Of a stretch of 64,000 bases of DNA, positions 51,723-63,047 are shown one piece after another. The notes beneath the pieces are model-generated. The model had not been told where the DNA came from and ran no database searches. It saw only the letters and a program-made list of their open reading frames with translations. A program made the translations under genes and the position numbers. Position 1 is the stretch's first letter. Every line of letters begins with the position of its first letter. The stretch is taken from the NCBI GenBank assembly GCA_963662265.2, contig CAXXHA010000016.1, positions 21,516 through 85,515 on the forward strand, in the 5' to 3' direction. The DNA comes from Spirochaetia bacterium (GTDB taxonomy: Bacteria > Spirochaetota > Spirochaetia > CADAEX01).

Positions 51723-53669
51723 ATGTCAGTGTCTCATGATCCAGATCTTGAAAAAGAAATGGGCATTAATATATACAACGATGATGATTTTAAAGGAATC
51801 ACAGCATTCGTTAAACACAGCTGGATCAAGAAAGTATTATTTGTAATGGGACTTGTTGCTGTTGGTGTGCCAATTTTTGAAGTATTCTTCTATTCGCTGG
51901 CTCCTTCCATACAGCGGCCAATACATCTGTTTTTCATGTATTCAATAGTCTTTATTATGTATCCTTCAAATATTATAAAAAACGGAAAGATCGAGAGTCT
52001 TGCCAATATATTTCTGATTATTCTAACGTTAGCTGTTTCAATTTGGGCCTGGTTAAGATGGGTGCCGCTTTTAATTGATCCTTCTGCGGAATTCTATGAA
52101 GTTATTTTAATGTTTGTTCTCATTTTTCTCACATTTGAGGCGACAAGGCGTACTATTGGCAGCGCGATGGGAATAATTTCATTAATATTTTTAATCTATG
52201 CTTTCATTGGACCCTATATGCCCCGTTTTTTTGCACATGCCGGCTTTTCTCCCTATGAACTTGTTACACATATCGGGATTGGAACTGAAGGGATGCTTGG
52301 GGATTTACTGGCTATCGGATGTACTCAGATTGTGTTTTTCATGATGTTTGCCGCATTCCTCAAAATTTCAGATGCAACAACCCTTTTCATGGATTTGTCA
52401 AAGGCTATCGCAGGGCACAGAATTGGTGGGCCTGCTAAAGTAGCTGTTGTATCAAGCGGTTTTATGGCAATGCTTTCAGGCAGCGCCAGCGGGAATACAG
52501 CAACAACAGGCTCTGTAACAATTCCTTTGATGGTATCAATGGGGTTCAAGAAACGGATGGCTGCAGCTATTGAAGCAACTTCCTCTACTGCAGGACAGTT
52601 TATGCCCCCCATAATGGGAGCTGCTGCATTTGTAATTGCTGAATATACCGGCAATACCTACTGGGCAGTTTGTATAGCAGCGTTTCTTCCCTCATTCCTT
52701 TATTACGCTCTTATGTTCTTTACTGTCGATATAAGGAGTAAAAAGGCAGGGATGTCAGGTCTTTCGAAGGATGAATTGCCTTCACTTAAAAACTCGGTTA
52801 TAGAAGCTTTGCCTATGATCCTTCCTGTTGGTACACTTGTTATTCTTCTGTCGATGCAGTTCAGTATTCAGTATGGAATTCTGATGTCTCTCGTTGTTCT
52901 TGTTATTTCTCTTATTCCATTCAGGAAGAGGAGAATGACACCAACCAGGATATTGAAAGCAATTGCATTGACTTCTAAAATACTGATCCCTATAACTGTC
53001 TCCTGTGCAAGCGCCGGGTTGATAGTCGGGGTCATGTCTCTGACAGGATTCGGAGAAAGACTTGCTTATGGTATTCAGGCAATAGCAAACGGAAATTTAT
53101 TTATAGGATTAAGCGTTACTGCTTTTATCTGCGTAATACTCGGTATGGGACTGCCTACACTTGCAGCTTACGTAGTTCTTGCTTCTCTCGGTGTCCCTGC
53201 TCTCGTACATCTTGGAGCACCGCTGCTTGCCGCACATCTTTTTGTTTTCTATTTTGCTATTCTTTCAACACTTACTCCTCCTGTTGCCCTGTCTGCGTAT
53301 GTGGCTGCAGGCATAGCCGGGGCAAATCCGATGAAAACAGCATTTACAGCTGTTCAGATTGCTCCGTTTATCTATGCGCTGCCGTTTTTCTTTGTTTTCT
53401 TTCCCGGTCTGTTGCTTAATGCTCCTTTACTGACTGTTGTAAAGGATATTTTCGTTTTTGTACTTTTCATGCTTCCGTTTATTGTTTTATCCGGAAGATA
53501 CTGGCTGACCCGGTTAAATATTATTGAAATGTTTTTATTCGCATTGGCCCCGTTAAGCTTTTTTGTTTTCAGAGACCATTACATGGTGTCTATGGTGGTT
53601 TTCAACGGACTGGCGACAATAATTCATGCTTCAAGAAATATTAAAAATAAAAAAGAGGTTTTTAAATGA
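51723..53669 (+). CDS. TRAP transporter fused 4TM/12TM permease
   Basis: GGPAKVAVVSS, SGSASGNTATTG, AIEATSSTAGQFMPPIMGAAAF, LGMGLPT, TPPVA. Confidence 0.92.
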   Translation: MSVSHDPDLEKEMGINIYNDDDFKGITAFVKHSWIKKVLFVMGLVAVGVPIFEVFFYSLAPSIQRPIHLFFMYSIVFIMYPSNIIKNGKIESLANIFLIILTLAVSIWAWLRWVPLLIDPSAEFYEVILMFVLIFLTFEATRRTIGSAMGIISLIFLIYAFIGPYMPRFFAHAGFSPYELVTHIGIGTEGMLGDLLAIGCTQIVFFMMFAAFLKISDATTLFMDLSKAIAGHRIGGPAKVAVVSSGFMAMLSGSASGNTATTGSVTIPLMVSMGFKKRMAAAIEATSSTAGQFMPPIMGAAAFVIAEYTGNTYWAVCIAAFLPSFLYYALMFFTVDIRSKKAGMSGLSKDELPSLKNSVIEALPMILPVGTLVILLSMQFSIQYGILMSLVVLVISLIPFRKRRMTPTRILKAIALTSKILIPITVSCASAGLIVGVMSLTGFGERLAYGIQAIANGNLFIGLSVTAFICVILGMGLPTLAAYVVLASLGVPALVHLGAPLLAAHLFVFYFAILSTLTPPVALSAYVAAGIAGANPMKTAFTAVQIAPFIYALPFFFVFFPGLLLNAPLLTVVKDIFVFVLFMLPFIVLSGRYWLTRLNIIEMFLFALAPLSFFVFRDHYMVSMVVFNGLATIIHASRNIKNKKEVFK

Positions 53670-54037
53670 TAAGAAAAAATATTATGTTTTTGGTTATTCT
53701 TTTTGTATTGTTATCTGTTTCTCCATTATTTGCTGATGATGGACATATGATATCTCCAACAGTTGAATTAAAGAAAGTCTCTATTTATCAGAAAGCTGCC
53801 ACAAAAGGTGGAGGAAAACTGATAAACACATTTTTTGATATAACAATAAAAAATATATCAAACGAATCTAAACAATACAGTGTTCAGGTTGTTACTGGAA
53901 AGGATGCGATGGAAAATTTTTTCCCGGCAAAGGAAGGACAGGTTATTGAAGCTGGCGAGGAGATGACAGCTTCGCTTTCTGTTCTGAAATCCGAATTCCC
54001 TAATGACTTTATGTTAATTATTGAACCGGTGAATTAA
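53666..54037 (+). CDS. Small exported hypothetical protein
   Basis: Signal peptide ending PLFA; beta-rich; overlaps the TRAP permease stop. Confidence 0.7.
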   Translation: MIRKNIMFLVILFVLLSVSPLFADDGHMISPTVELKKVSIYQKAATKGGGKLINTFFDITIKNISNESKQYSVQVVTGKDAMENFFPAKEGQVIEAGEEMTASLSVLKSEFPNDFMLIIEPVN

Positions 54038-54055
54038 AAAAGTTTAATAAATATT

Positions 54056-54087
54056 ATTATGGCGCAGTATTTTTATTGCGTCATAAT
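54056..54087. terminator. Probable bidirectional terminator
   Basis: ATTATGGCGCAGTA/TATTGCGTCATAAT between convergent genes. Confidence 0.5.
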
Positions 54088-54205
54088 ATTTTACAGGGGT
54101 TAATCATCCTCACAGACTTGTCTGGTTTATATAACGTTGTGCAGTGGTTACTGAAAAACCAGATAAATGTATATTGATATAAATATCAAAGGTTTTGCTT
54201 TAAAT

Positions 54206-54667
54206 TTATTTCTCTGAATTGAAATGTTGAATAAGTTTATCCATGCTTTTTAGTGTGATATTGTACTCTTCTTCTGTTAAGATATTTCTGATCCTTCTGT
54301 TAAAATCATGTACAATATTCCATACCTGACTTTCTATTTCACGGGATTTTTCAGTTAAAGATATTTTTCTGATCCTTGCATCGTTTTCATCAAAATTTCT
54401 GACAACAAACCCTTTTCTGATTAGAATGTTCAGTATATTAGTAAGCGAAGATGGTTTTATATTGATAAAATCATGAATTTCCTTCTGGGTGAGTTCTCCT
54501 TTTCTCCAAAGCCAGTTTAATACCCTGAATTGAGACAGAGATATACCAATTTTTATGAATTCCGCATTGAGATAGTTTTTTTCAAGTTTCGCCAATTCGT
54601 CAATATAAAATCCCAATCTGGTTTTTGATAAATCATTACCAAGTTTTTCTCTGAATTCATCCGGCAT
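54206..54667 (-). CDS. MarR-family regulator divergent from kynU
   Basis: SQFRVL, LTQKEI, KPSSLT, DENDARIRKISLT. Confidence 0.9.
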   Translation of the reverse strand: MPDEFREKLGNDLSKTRLGFYIDELAKLEKNYLNAEFIKIGISLSQFRVLNWLWRKGELTQKEIHDFINIKPSSLTNILNILIRKGFVVRNFDENDARIRKISLTEKSREIESQVWNIVHDFNRRIRNILTEEEYNITLKSMDKLIQHFNSEK

Positions 54668-54769
54668 ATCTAAAATCTCCTGTTAATAACCTAAACAGTA
54701 TAAAACTATCAGGAAAATCATATACTTGCAGAAATTATTATGCAAGCTTAATAAAATACACAAGAAAAT

Positions 54770-54826
54770 TTGACAGATAATATTTAGCATGCTAAAGTTT
54801 AGATAGCTAAATATAAGGTACCTAAA
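54770..54826 (+). promoter_or_regulatory. kynU sigma70 promoter with three tandem palindromic operators
   Basis: TTGACA-N17-TAAAGT (with TG); boxes TTTAGCATGCTAAA 54783, TTTAGATAGCTAAA 54798, ATAAGGTACCTAAA 54813. Confidence 0.75.
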
Positions 54827-54868
54827 TAAAAGCATTTATATTTTAAGTAATAACAAGAGGTAATTGTT

Positions 54869-56152
54869 ATGGTAATCGAATATGTTGAGGATCGGAAATT
54901 TGCGATTGAGCTTGACAACATGGATAAGCTTGCAGATTTCCGGAAAAGGTTTTACCTGAATAAAGGTGAGATTTACATGGATGGAAATTCACTCGGACTG
55001 TGTTCAAAAGATGCTGAAAAATGTTTGTTCCGAGTCCTTGAAGAGTGGAAAAAATACGGTATAGGTTGCTGGACAAAACCGGAGGTTAAACTTTTTCTTT
55101 ATCAGGATTATCTTGGTGAATTACTTGCTCCGTTAATTAATGCTGATCCTGATGAAGTTACTGTGTGTACGAATACTACTGTTAATATTCATAATGCAAT
55201 CGGTACATTTTATAAACCTGACGGGAAAAGATATAAAATTCTTGTTGATGATCTTAATTTCCCTACAGACCGTTATGCTGTTGACGGGCAGATACGGCTA
55301 AAGGGGCTGGATCCTGATGTGTGTGTCAAAGTGGTAAAAAGCAGGGATGGGAAGATTATCTGTAAAGAAGATTTTGTGGAAGCTATGACTGATGATGTTT
55401 CGATAATGATCCTCCCCTCAGTTCTTTACAGAAGCGGCCAGCTTCTTGATATGGAATATCTAACCAGGGAAGCCCGGGAAAGGGGAATTATTGTCGGATG
55501 GGATCTTTGTCATTCAATAGGAGCTGTTCCTCATGATTTTAAAAAGATTGATCCTGATTTTGCTGTATGGTGTAATTACAAGTATCTTAACGGAGGGCCG
55601 GGTGCTGTGGCTGGGCTTTATATCAACAGGAAGCACTTTGACAAAGATGCAGGACTTCCCGGGTGGCACGGCAATGTAAAGGCAACCCAGTTCCAGCTTA
55701 ACCATAAACTGGAAAAAGCCAGTTATGCCGGTGGATGGCAGAATGGAACACAGTCTGTGTTCAGTATGGCGCCTCTCGAAGGATCTCTCAAGATGTATGC
55801 GGAAGCAGGTATAGAAAATCTTAGAAAAAAATCCCTCTCTCTCACTTCCTACCTGATGTATCTTGTTGATACCAAATTAACTAAATACGGATTTACAATT
55901 GGTAATCCCAGAGAAGATGAAAACAGGGGAGGCCATGTTGCTCTTGAGCATGATGATGCAATCAGAATAAATGAAGCACTAAAGGCTGAAAAAATAATTC
56001 CCGATTTCCGGTTTCCTAATGTAATAAGGCTTGCTCCTGTTCCCCTATATGTTTCACATGAAGATGTTTATGAAATGGTTGAAAGACTCATAGATATCAT
56101 GGAAAACGGAAAATATGAGAAATATGAAAACAAAATAGGGATGAATGCGTAA
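54869..56152 (+). CDS. kynU: Kynureninase
   Basis: IYMDGNSLGL, FPTDRY, WDLCHSIG, WCNYKYLNGGPG, GWHG, RGGHV, RLAPVPLY. Confidence 0.93.
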   Translation: MVIEYVEDRKFAIELDNMDKLADFRKRFYLNKGEIYMDGNSLGLCSKDAEKCLFRVLEEWKKYGIGCWTKPEVKLFLYQDYLGELLAPLINADPDEVTVCTNTTVNIHNAIGTFYKPDGKRYKILVDDLNFPTDRYAVDGQIRLKGLDPDVCVKVVKSRDGKIICKEDFVEAMTDDVSIMILPSVLYRSGQLLDMEYLTREARERGIIVGWDLCHSIGAVPHDFKKIDPDFAVWCNYKYLNGGPGAVAGLYINRKHFDKDAGLPGWHGNVKATQFQLNHKLEKASYAGGWQNGTQSVFSMAPLEGSLKMYAEAGIENLRKKSLSLTSYLMYLVDTKLTKYGFTIGNPREDENRGGHVALEHDDAIRINEALKAEKIIPDFRFPNVIRLAPVPLYVSHEDVYEMVERLIDIMENGKYEKYENKIGMNA

Positions 56153-56250
56153 AAAAGTAAAAAATATTCTTAAAAGAAATAACAAACTGCATTGAGTTAA
56201 ACAAGAAATTATAAGAACAGCTGAAAAGTGCAGATTATAAGGCGGTTTTT

Positions 56251-57624
56251 ATGAGTGAAATAGTAAATAATAATATAAGTAGTGAAGTATCTACAAAAAG
56301 TTTAAAAAAAGTCCTTGGGAGGAAAGAGCTTCTTGCAATGGCAGTCGGGCAGATTATTGGTGCCGGAATCTTTTCTATGGTTGGTCTCGGTATTGGGTGG
56401 ACAGGTAAATCCATCTGGCTTGCGTTTATTATAGCTGCTTTTTTTATAATTGTAGCAGCAATCCCTTCAATAATTATCGGCGGGACTGTCCGTTTAAGGG
56501 GGGGCGAGTATACACAGTTCGCGTTAATGGTTGGTGAAAAATTTACAGGTTTCTATATTGTTGTTTTCATTATGACCAATGTATGTATATCAGTATATGC
56601 AATTGCCTTTGCCCAGTATATTATGTCAATTGTTCCGGGAATGAATGAGAAAATTCTGGCACTTCTTGTTCTTGGTCTATTTTATGTCCTGAATCTTTTC
56701 GGTGTGAAGGGAGCAGCAAGACTTCAGAATATTATGGTATTGATAATGTCGGCAGCTCTTGCAATTTTTATTGCTTACGGACTTCCCAATGTTCAGCCAG
56801 GCGCGTTTGATTTTTCTTCTTCCGAATTCATGACCGGCGGTATGAAAGCATTTTTTACAACATCTGCTATTATGAGTTTTGCTATTTACGGCGGAATATC
56901 AATTATGAATTACAGTGCTGAATGTAAGAATCCAACAAAAGACCTTCCATTTGCAATTATTGTTGCGACAGTTCTTGTTTCTATCGTATATGTTCTGATA
57001 GCAATTGTTGCTTCAGGTGTTTTACCTGTCAGTGAAGTTTCATTTAAACCGCTGACGCTGGTTGCTGATGCTGTTTTACCGAAAGCTTTATATCTTTTCT
57101 TTATACTGGGCGGCGCAATGATTGCTTTATCTACTACCCTGAATGCAGCTCTTGGATGGGTGACAAAGCCGGTTCTTCAGGCATGTGTTGATGGATGGTT
57201 CCCAAAAGGGTTTGGTGTATTAACTGAAAAGAACAAGGTCCCGTATAAAATATTAACAGCATTTTTTGTAATAAATGCAGTGATTATTATAACAGGATGG
57301 AATATCGGGGGGATTGCAAGCAGTTCTCTTGTCCTCCTTTTTATACTCATGATAATAAGAACTATAAGACTATACAAGTTTGACAGGATTATTCCGGAAG
57401 CATGGGAAAAATCAAAATTTAAAGTTTCAAAAAACAGTTTAATTGCAATTGAAGTATTTTCAATACTGGTAATGATGCTTCAGATATATCTGATGGTTAT
57501 TGAGTGGAGCCGCAATGAGTGGCTTTACAACAGTGCTGTTATTGTTTTTGGTTTGATTTTCACTTATGCAAGACATGCTTCAGGAAAAGCTAAAGTGGAA
57601 ATAAGTTATGAGATAGACAAATAA
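56251..57624 (+). CDS. APC-family amino acid permease
   Basis: LKKVLG, GQIIGAGIF, AECKNPTKDLP; about 12 TM. Confidence 0.9.
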   Translation: MSEIVNNNISSEVSTKSLKKVLGRKELLAMAVGQIIGAGIFSMVGLGIGWTGKSIWLAFIIAAFFIIVAAIPSIIIGGTVRLRGGEYTQFALMVGEKFTGFYIVVFIMTNVCISVYAIAFAQYIMSIVPGMNEKILALLVLGLFYVLNLFGVKGAARLQNIMVLIMSAALAIFIAYGLPNVQPGAFDFSSSEFMTGGMKAFFTTSAIMSFAIYGGISIMNYSAECKNPTKDLPFAIIVATVLVSIVYVLIAIVASGVLPVSEVSFKPLTLVADAVLPKALYLFFILGGAMIALSTTLNAALGWVTKPVLQACVDGWFPKGFGVLTEKNKVPYKILTAFFVINAVIIITGWNIGGIASSSLVLLFILMIIRTIRLYKFDRIIPEAWEKSKFKVSKNSLIAIEVFSILVMMLQIYLMVIEWSRNEWLYNSAVIVFGLIFTYARHASGKAKVEISYEIDK

Positions 57625-57649
57625 AAACATTTTACCAGTTTGTTTTTAT

Positions 57650-57681
57650 GCAGTCTCCTTTTTCGGGGGACTGCTTTTTTT
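57650..57681 (+). terminator. Rho-independent terminator
   Basis: GCAGTCTCC/GGGGACTGC followed by T7. Confidence 0.75.
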
Positions 57682-57971
57682 ATTAATTTAAGCTGCAGAT
57701 TATTAAATAGTAAAACATATTACAAGAATGCATAGAGCCGTAAAAATCGAATGCCAATTAAGGATAACTCTTATAACACTGCTGGTAATGGATCCCTGAT
57801 AATTCTATATTAAGAGTTATTAATCAATAATGCTGAATTATGTGATATACTGCTGGACAAAATAGTTGTTTAGTATTTATTCATAGTAAGTTTTTAGCTT
57901 AATTTGGGAAAATATTGTCACCTTTATTAAATGGAATATATAATTTCATGTTTAATAAAACCGGAGATTGA

Positions 57972-59052
57972 ATGAAAGCTGTTCTTTATTTCTTATTGAT
58001 TATTATTTTTATCACCCACACTGCTGCCGGAGGATTGTCAGAAAAATATAAAAATACAATAAATGAGGATTCAGAAAAAAAGGATCTGGTTGTCTACAGT
58101 ACGATATTTTCAAAATATGCCGAGATGATGAAAGCGGAATTCGAAGAAAAATATCCCGGGGTAACTGTTCATGTTATAAATCCCGGCGGTACTGAAGCGA
58201 TGATAAAAAAGCTGGAATCCGAAAAAAACAATCCAAGGGCTGATGTTATTCATTCCGGTTCAACTCTCAATTACGCTTCTGCTGTTGAGCTTGACCTGAT
58301 TGAACCGTATGTTCCCCGGGCAGAAAGGTTTGAACCGGCTATAAAAATCCATGACAGTACTCTGTTGCTCAGCCACCCTGAAAATTATTATCATGTCTGG
58401 TCACTGATGTTTTCCGGAATCATGTACAATTCAGAAGTTGTAAAAAATAATAATTTTTTACTGCCGGTTTCATATAAAGATCTTACAAATCCTTCATATA
58501 AAGGCTATATAATTTCTGCAAATCCCTTAAAGTCATCTACAGCCTTTACCAATGTTATGGCTGTTTTTGATGCATATGGAAATGATGGCTGGAAAATCTG
58601 GGATAAAATTAATGATAATATTCTGTATTACTCCAATTCATCTTCAAAAATATATACACTTACAAACAAACGGGAATTTGCATTTGCAATATGTCTCTCT
58701 CGTCCTGTTTTCATATCAAAAAGAAAAGGTTATTCCGTGGATTTCATTTTTCCGTCAGAAGGAAGTATGGTTGTTGATAACGCTATTGCTCTCGTGAAAA
58801 ACGGAGAAAATCCTGAATACGGGAAAAAAATTCATTGATTTTATATTAAGTGATCATATGCAGAAACTTGGCGCTGAATTTCTTTATATCCCGGTTAAAA
58901 AGGGAGTTGTAGATCCTTCGGCCGAATATTCTCTCGAAAGCATATCGTCAAAAGTAAGCCGGATCATTCTGCCTGATAATAATATTACTCCTGAAAGGAA
59001 AAACAAACTGAAAGAGGTTTTCGGCCGATACGCATGGGATAAAACCAGATAA
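57972..59052 (+). CDS. ABC substrate-binding protein (Fe3+/polyamine/phosphonate class), +1 frameshift in the A run near 58827
   Basis: LVVYS, EKNNPRADV, SYKDLTNPSYKG, NPLKSSTA, FPSEG; tail FIDFILS..MQK in the next frame. Confidence 0.85.
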
Positions 59053-59139
59053 GAATATACTGCATTAAATATTTTAGATTACAGAAGAAAGGAGCATCTG
59101 TATTTCCGCTGATAACTCATATGCCGGATACAGTGAAAC

Positions 59140-60230
59140 ATGAAGCACATAATAATTAAAGACCTTGTGAAAAAATACAGTAACCAAACTGTTTATTGAT
59201 AATATCAATATGGAAATAAACCGCGGTGAAATGGTTTCACTGCTTGGCCCTTCAGGATGCGGAAAGACAACCCTGCTGCGGACTATTGCCGGGTTTGAAA
59301 AGATTTCATCGGGTGACATTATTTTCAATGATAAAGTAGTGAATAACATTAAACCGAATGAAAGAAACGTCAGTATTGTTTTTCAGGATTATGCAGTCTT
59401 CCCGACAATGACTGTTTTCGCAAATGTTGCCTACGGACTTAAAGTGAAAGGAACTCCGAAATCTGAAATATTTGAGAAGGTTATGTATTATCTTGAACTT
59501 GTGGGGCTTGAAGGCTATGACAATACAATGCCTTCAAAACTTTCAGGTGGACAACTACAGCGGGTGGCACTTGCAAGAGCTCTTGCAACAGATCCTGATG
59601 TTCTTCTGCTTGATGAGCCGCTTTCAAATCTTGATGCTGCCCTCAGATTGAAAATCAGGCAGGAAATACGCAAGATACAGAAGAAACTTGGAATTACCGC
59701 AATATTTGTCACACATGACCAGGAGGAAGCTCTTTCGGTTTCCGACAGAATTTATGTAATGAACCAGGGAAAGATAATGCAGGAAGGTTCTCCTTCAAGT
59801 CTCTATCAGTACCCTGAGAATGATTTTGTCGCGGGATTTATCGGAAGGTCCAACATTCTTTACGGTAAAAGTTGAAGGGCGGGATGGAGAATATATAAAT
59901 GTTTCTATCAGAGACAGGATTCTGAAAATATCAGCCGTTAAAGACTGTTTTAAAGTGGGGCAGGATTTATGGCTTTCTATACGGCCGCAGTATGTGCGAA
60001 TCGGTACTGATGATGACAGCTTGAACTGTCAATATGGTAAAGTCAGATATTTTGAATATCTGGGTCCGGTTATCAAGGGAGAGGTTGATTTGTTTGATGA
60101 TATCACACTCAATTTTGAATTATATAATACTGAACGGAATTTTCCTTCATGTATTATTGATGAAGAAATAGCCTATGCAATTAATCCCTCAGATATTTAC
60201 TGCGGAAACAATATTGTTGGAATCAGTTAA
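59140..60230 (+). CDS. ABC ATP-binding protein (PotA/FbpC type), two +1 frameshifts
   Basis: ATG 59140 MKHIIIKDLVKKY; GPSGCGKTT, LSGGQLQRVALARAL, LLDEPLSNLDA, THDQEEA; TOBE-like tail in the next frame. Confidence 0.88.
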
Positions 60231-60317
60231 GTCCTGTGTATTTATTCTGTTTCAAAGTTTTAATTTGTTTATATCTCTTACCTGTTTTGCGGGTTTTCAG
60301 GAAGTGAATAGGGAAAA

Positions 60318-62070
60318 ATGATGATTAATCTTAAAAAAACTGCTGCGAGTTCCGGATTTTCTTTACTGAATATCCTGTATGCTGCAGGAATAATATATAT
60401 AATTGTTTTTTTTCATTATTCCTGTCGGGAATCTTTTCCTGAGAGGAATAATGGTACTGGTGAATACTGAAATCCCGCTGCCTGCTACTTTTCCTGTATA
60501 TATGCTTAAAGTTACCAGGAATACACTGATGCTTGGACTGCTTACAACTTTCTGGTCACTTTTAATTGCAGTTCCAGTTTCAATATTAATTGTAAAATTC
60601 AATATCCGGTTTGTAGGTTTCTGGACAGCATTAATGACTGTGCCCATGATAACTCCGCCATTGATAACAAGCTTTGCTGTTATAATACTTCTTGGACGGA
60701 GCGGTATTATAACATTGCTTTTGCGGCGTATCGGAATTGAAATCCCTTCGATTTACGGGCTGAATGGTCTTCTGATAACGCAGATACTTCATACTGTACC
60801 GTATGCAGTATTGATACTGATTGCCGGGCTTAAAGGTATTCCGCGTCATCTGGAAGAAGCTGCTTTTTCAATGGGCTCCTCTGTGCTGAGTATCCAGTTA
60901 TCTGTAGTAATTCCATATATAATGCCGCATATTCTTATGTCAGGACTGATGGTTTTTCTCTCTTCAATAGGGGATATCGGAAGCCCTCTTTTAATTGGAG
61001 GCAACTTCAATGTCCTTTCACTTTCGATTTATTCCAATTATATCTCATTTATGGATGATGAAAGAATTCCTATTATACTTAGCCTCTGGATAATTCTTCT
61101 TTCATTTATTATCCTGAATATTGTTAACAGGGTATTTCAGATAACAAATAAAAGATACCGTATTGGATATGACACAATGGTGTATGATAACCCGTTGGTC
61201 AGGAAATGCTCTTATATTATAATTTCAATCCTGTCTGCCCTGTTCCTGCTTCCAAACTGTATTGTTCTCATACATTCATTTGCCGAGACATGGATCAACA
61301 GGCTTCTGCCTTCTGAACTGACTTTTAATAATTATGAAGCTGTTTTTATAAATAATGATTCTGTTATTAATACCCTGATTCTTTCTGCCATTGCTGTTCC
61401 TATCATGATTATTCTTGGGTTGATCCTCAGTTATATGTTCAGGAAAATAAACAGACTCAAGTGGCTTAATTATATTACTCTTGTCCCTTTTATTCTTCCG
61501 GGTGTAGTTATAGCAATAAGTCTTCTAAAGACTTTTGCAGATGTTCCTTTTCCGGGCGACAGTTTTACTTCATCGTTTACTATTCTGGTTATAGCTGTTT
61601 CTGTGAGACGGCTTCCATATGTAATTAAAACACTTGAAGCGGGTTTCTGTAAAATAGACAGGAAGCAGGAGGAAATTGCAGCTGGATTCGGAGCAGATGA
61701 TTTAAGTGTTTTTTTTACAATCCTGTTTCCCCAGATGAAGCCTTTTCTTTTTTCTGCTCTTTTCATAGCAACTGTAAAGGTTTTTACAGAACTTGCCAGT
61801 TCCCTTATCATAAATCCTCCCGGATGGAAAACTTTATCTGTTTATATTGCATATTATGTGGAAGAGGGGCATATATCCCGTGCCGCAGCCATGGGTGTTG
61901 TCCTGGTTCTGATAGTACTGTCAGGCTCTGCTTTTTCAAAGTTTTTTTCAGGAAAAAGCTCCGGCAAACTTGAGGTTTCGGGACAGACAGAAAACTGGGA
62001 AAGTGTAATCCTCGGAAAGGTTTTGAAATCAAAACCCGGTACAGAAAACAATATTTATCAGACCGGATAA
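60318..62070 (+). CDS. FbpB-type double ABC permease (probably continues into the PAS/kinase region)
   Basis: ATG 60318 with +1 shift at T8 60406-13; two EAA loops (LEEAAFSMGS, QEEIAAGFGA). Confidence 0.85.
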
Positions 62071-62102
62071 TAAAGATATACAGAGTTATAAACAGTTTTT
62101 TT

Positions 62103-63047
62103 AATATAACAATTTTCAAGAGGGCTTCAATAACAGTAAACCGGGACGGAAAAATAATTAATGCCAGTAATGATTTTCTGGATCTTATAAATGCAGTCAG
62201 TTTTGAACATCTGAAAAATGCAGCATGTCTTTATAATCTTCTTCCTGTAAAGAATGATTTAAGCAACCTTTTTTATTATAAAAAAAGCATAATGGACAAA
62301 TCCACATTTCTTTTCAATCTGCAGGGACAGAGGCTGCCTGTCAATATCTCTCTTCATCTGAGATCTGCTGAAGATGAAAAAAGACAGGTTGTTGATATTT
62401 TTATCACTCCTGAAAAAAGGAATAAGATGCAGCTGAGGGAATATGAAAGACTGAAAGCTCTTGCTGATGAAGCTGAACTTAAGGCACTTAAAGCACAGAT
62501 TAATCCCCATTTTTTCTTTAATACATTGAACAGCATTGTTGAGCTTATAGAAACAGAACCGGAAAAGGCTGTTTCTGTTACAGAAAACCTGGCAGAACTT
62601 TTCCGTTTCACTCTTATGTCAACTCAGAAAGACAGGATTTTACTATCCGAGGAAATAGATCATGTTAAAGAATATTTATCCATATACAAAGTAAGGTTCG
62701 GAGACAGGTTGAATTATGATATAAAGGTCAGCAGCAAGGCATCTGTCTGCGGTATTCCTCCCATGCTGATACAGCCTCTGGTTGAAAATGCAATATATCA
62801 CGGCAATGATGATAAGGGGAATATAGATTTATCTGTTTATGTCTGGATGGAGAGTCATGTTATCTTTATCAAAGTATCTGACAAGGGTTCCTCAGCTTTG
62901 AGGTATTCTGATCTGTTTTCAGGAAAAGGTACAGGGCTTGCAAATGTTGAAAAACGTCTTCAGGCATTGTTTAACCACGGGCTGATATTTGAAGAAAACA
63001 ACCCCTGCGGACTGTCAATTACAATTAAAATACCGGAAGGAAAATAA
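62103..63047 (+). CDS. PAS + LytS-type histidine kinase domain lacking its own start codon and TM region
   Basis: Frame open from 61974; ITVNRDGKIINASNDF (PAS-like); ALKAQINPHFFFNTLN, IQPLVENAIYHG, GTGLANV; first ATG only at 62292. Confidence 0.8.
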   Translation, partial: NITIFKRASITVNRDGKIINASNDFLDLINAVSFEHLKNAACLYNLLPVKNDLSNLFYYKKSIMDKSTFLFNLQGQRLPVNISLHLRSAEDEKRQVVDIFITPEKRNKMQLREYERLKALADEAELKALKAQINPHFFFNTLNSIVELIETEPEKAVSVTENLAELFRFTLMSTQKDRILLSEEIDHVKEYLSIYKVRFGDRLNYDIKVSSKASVCGIPPMLIQPLVENAIYHGNDDKGNIDLSVYVWMESHVIFIKVSDKGSSALRYSDLFSGKGTGLANVEKRLQALFNHGLIFEENNPCGLSITIKIPEGK

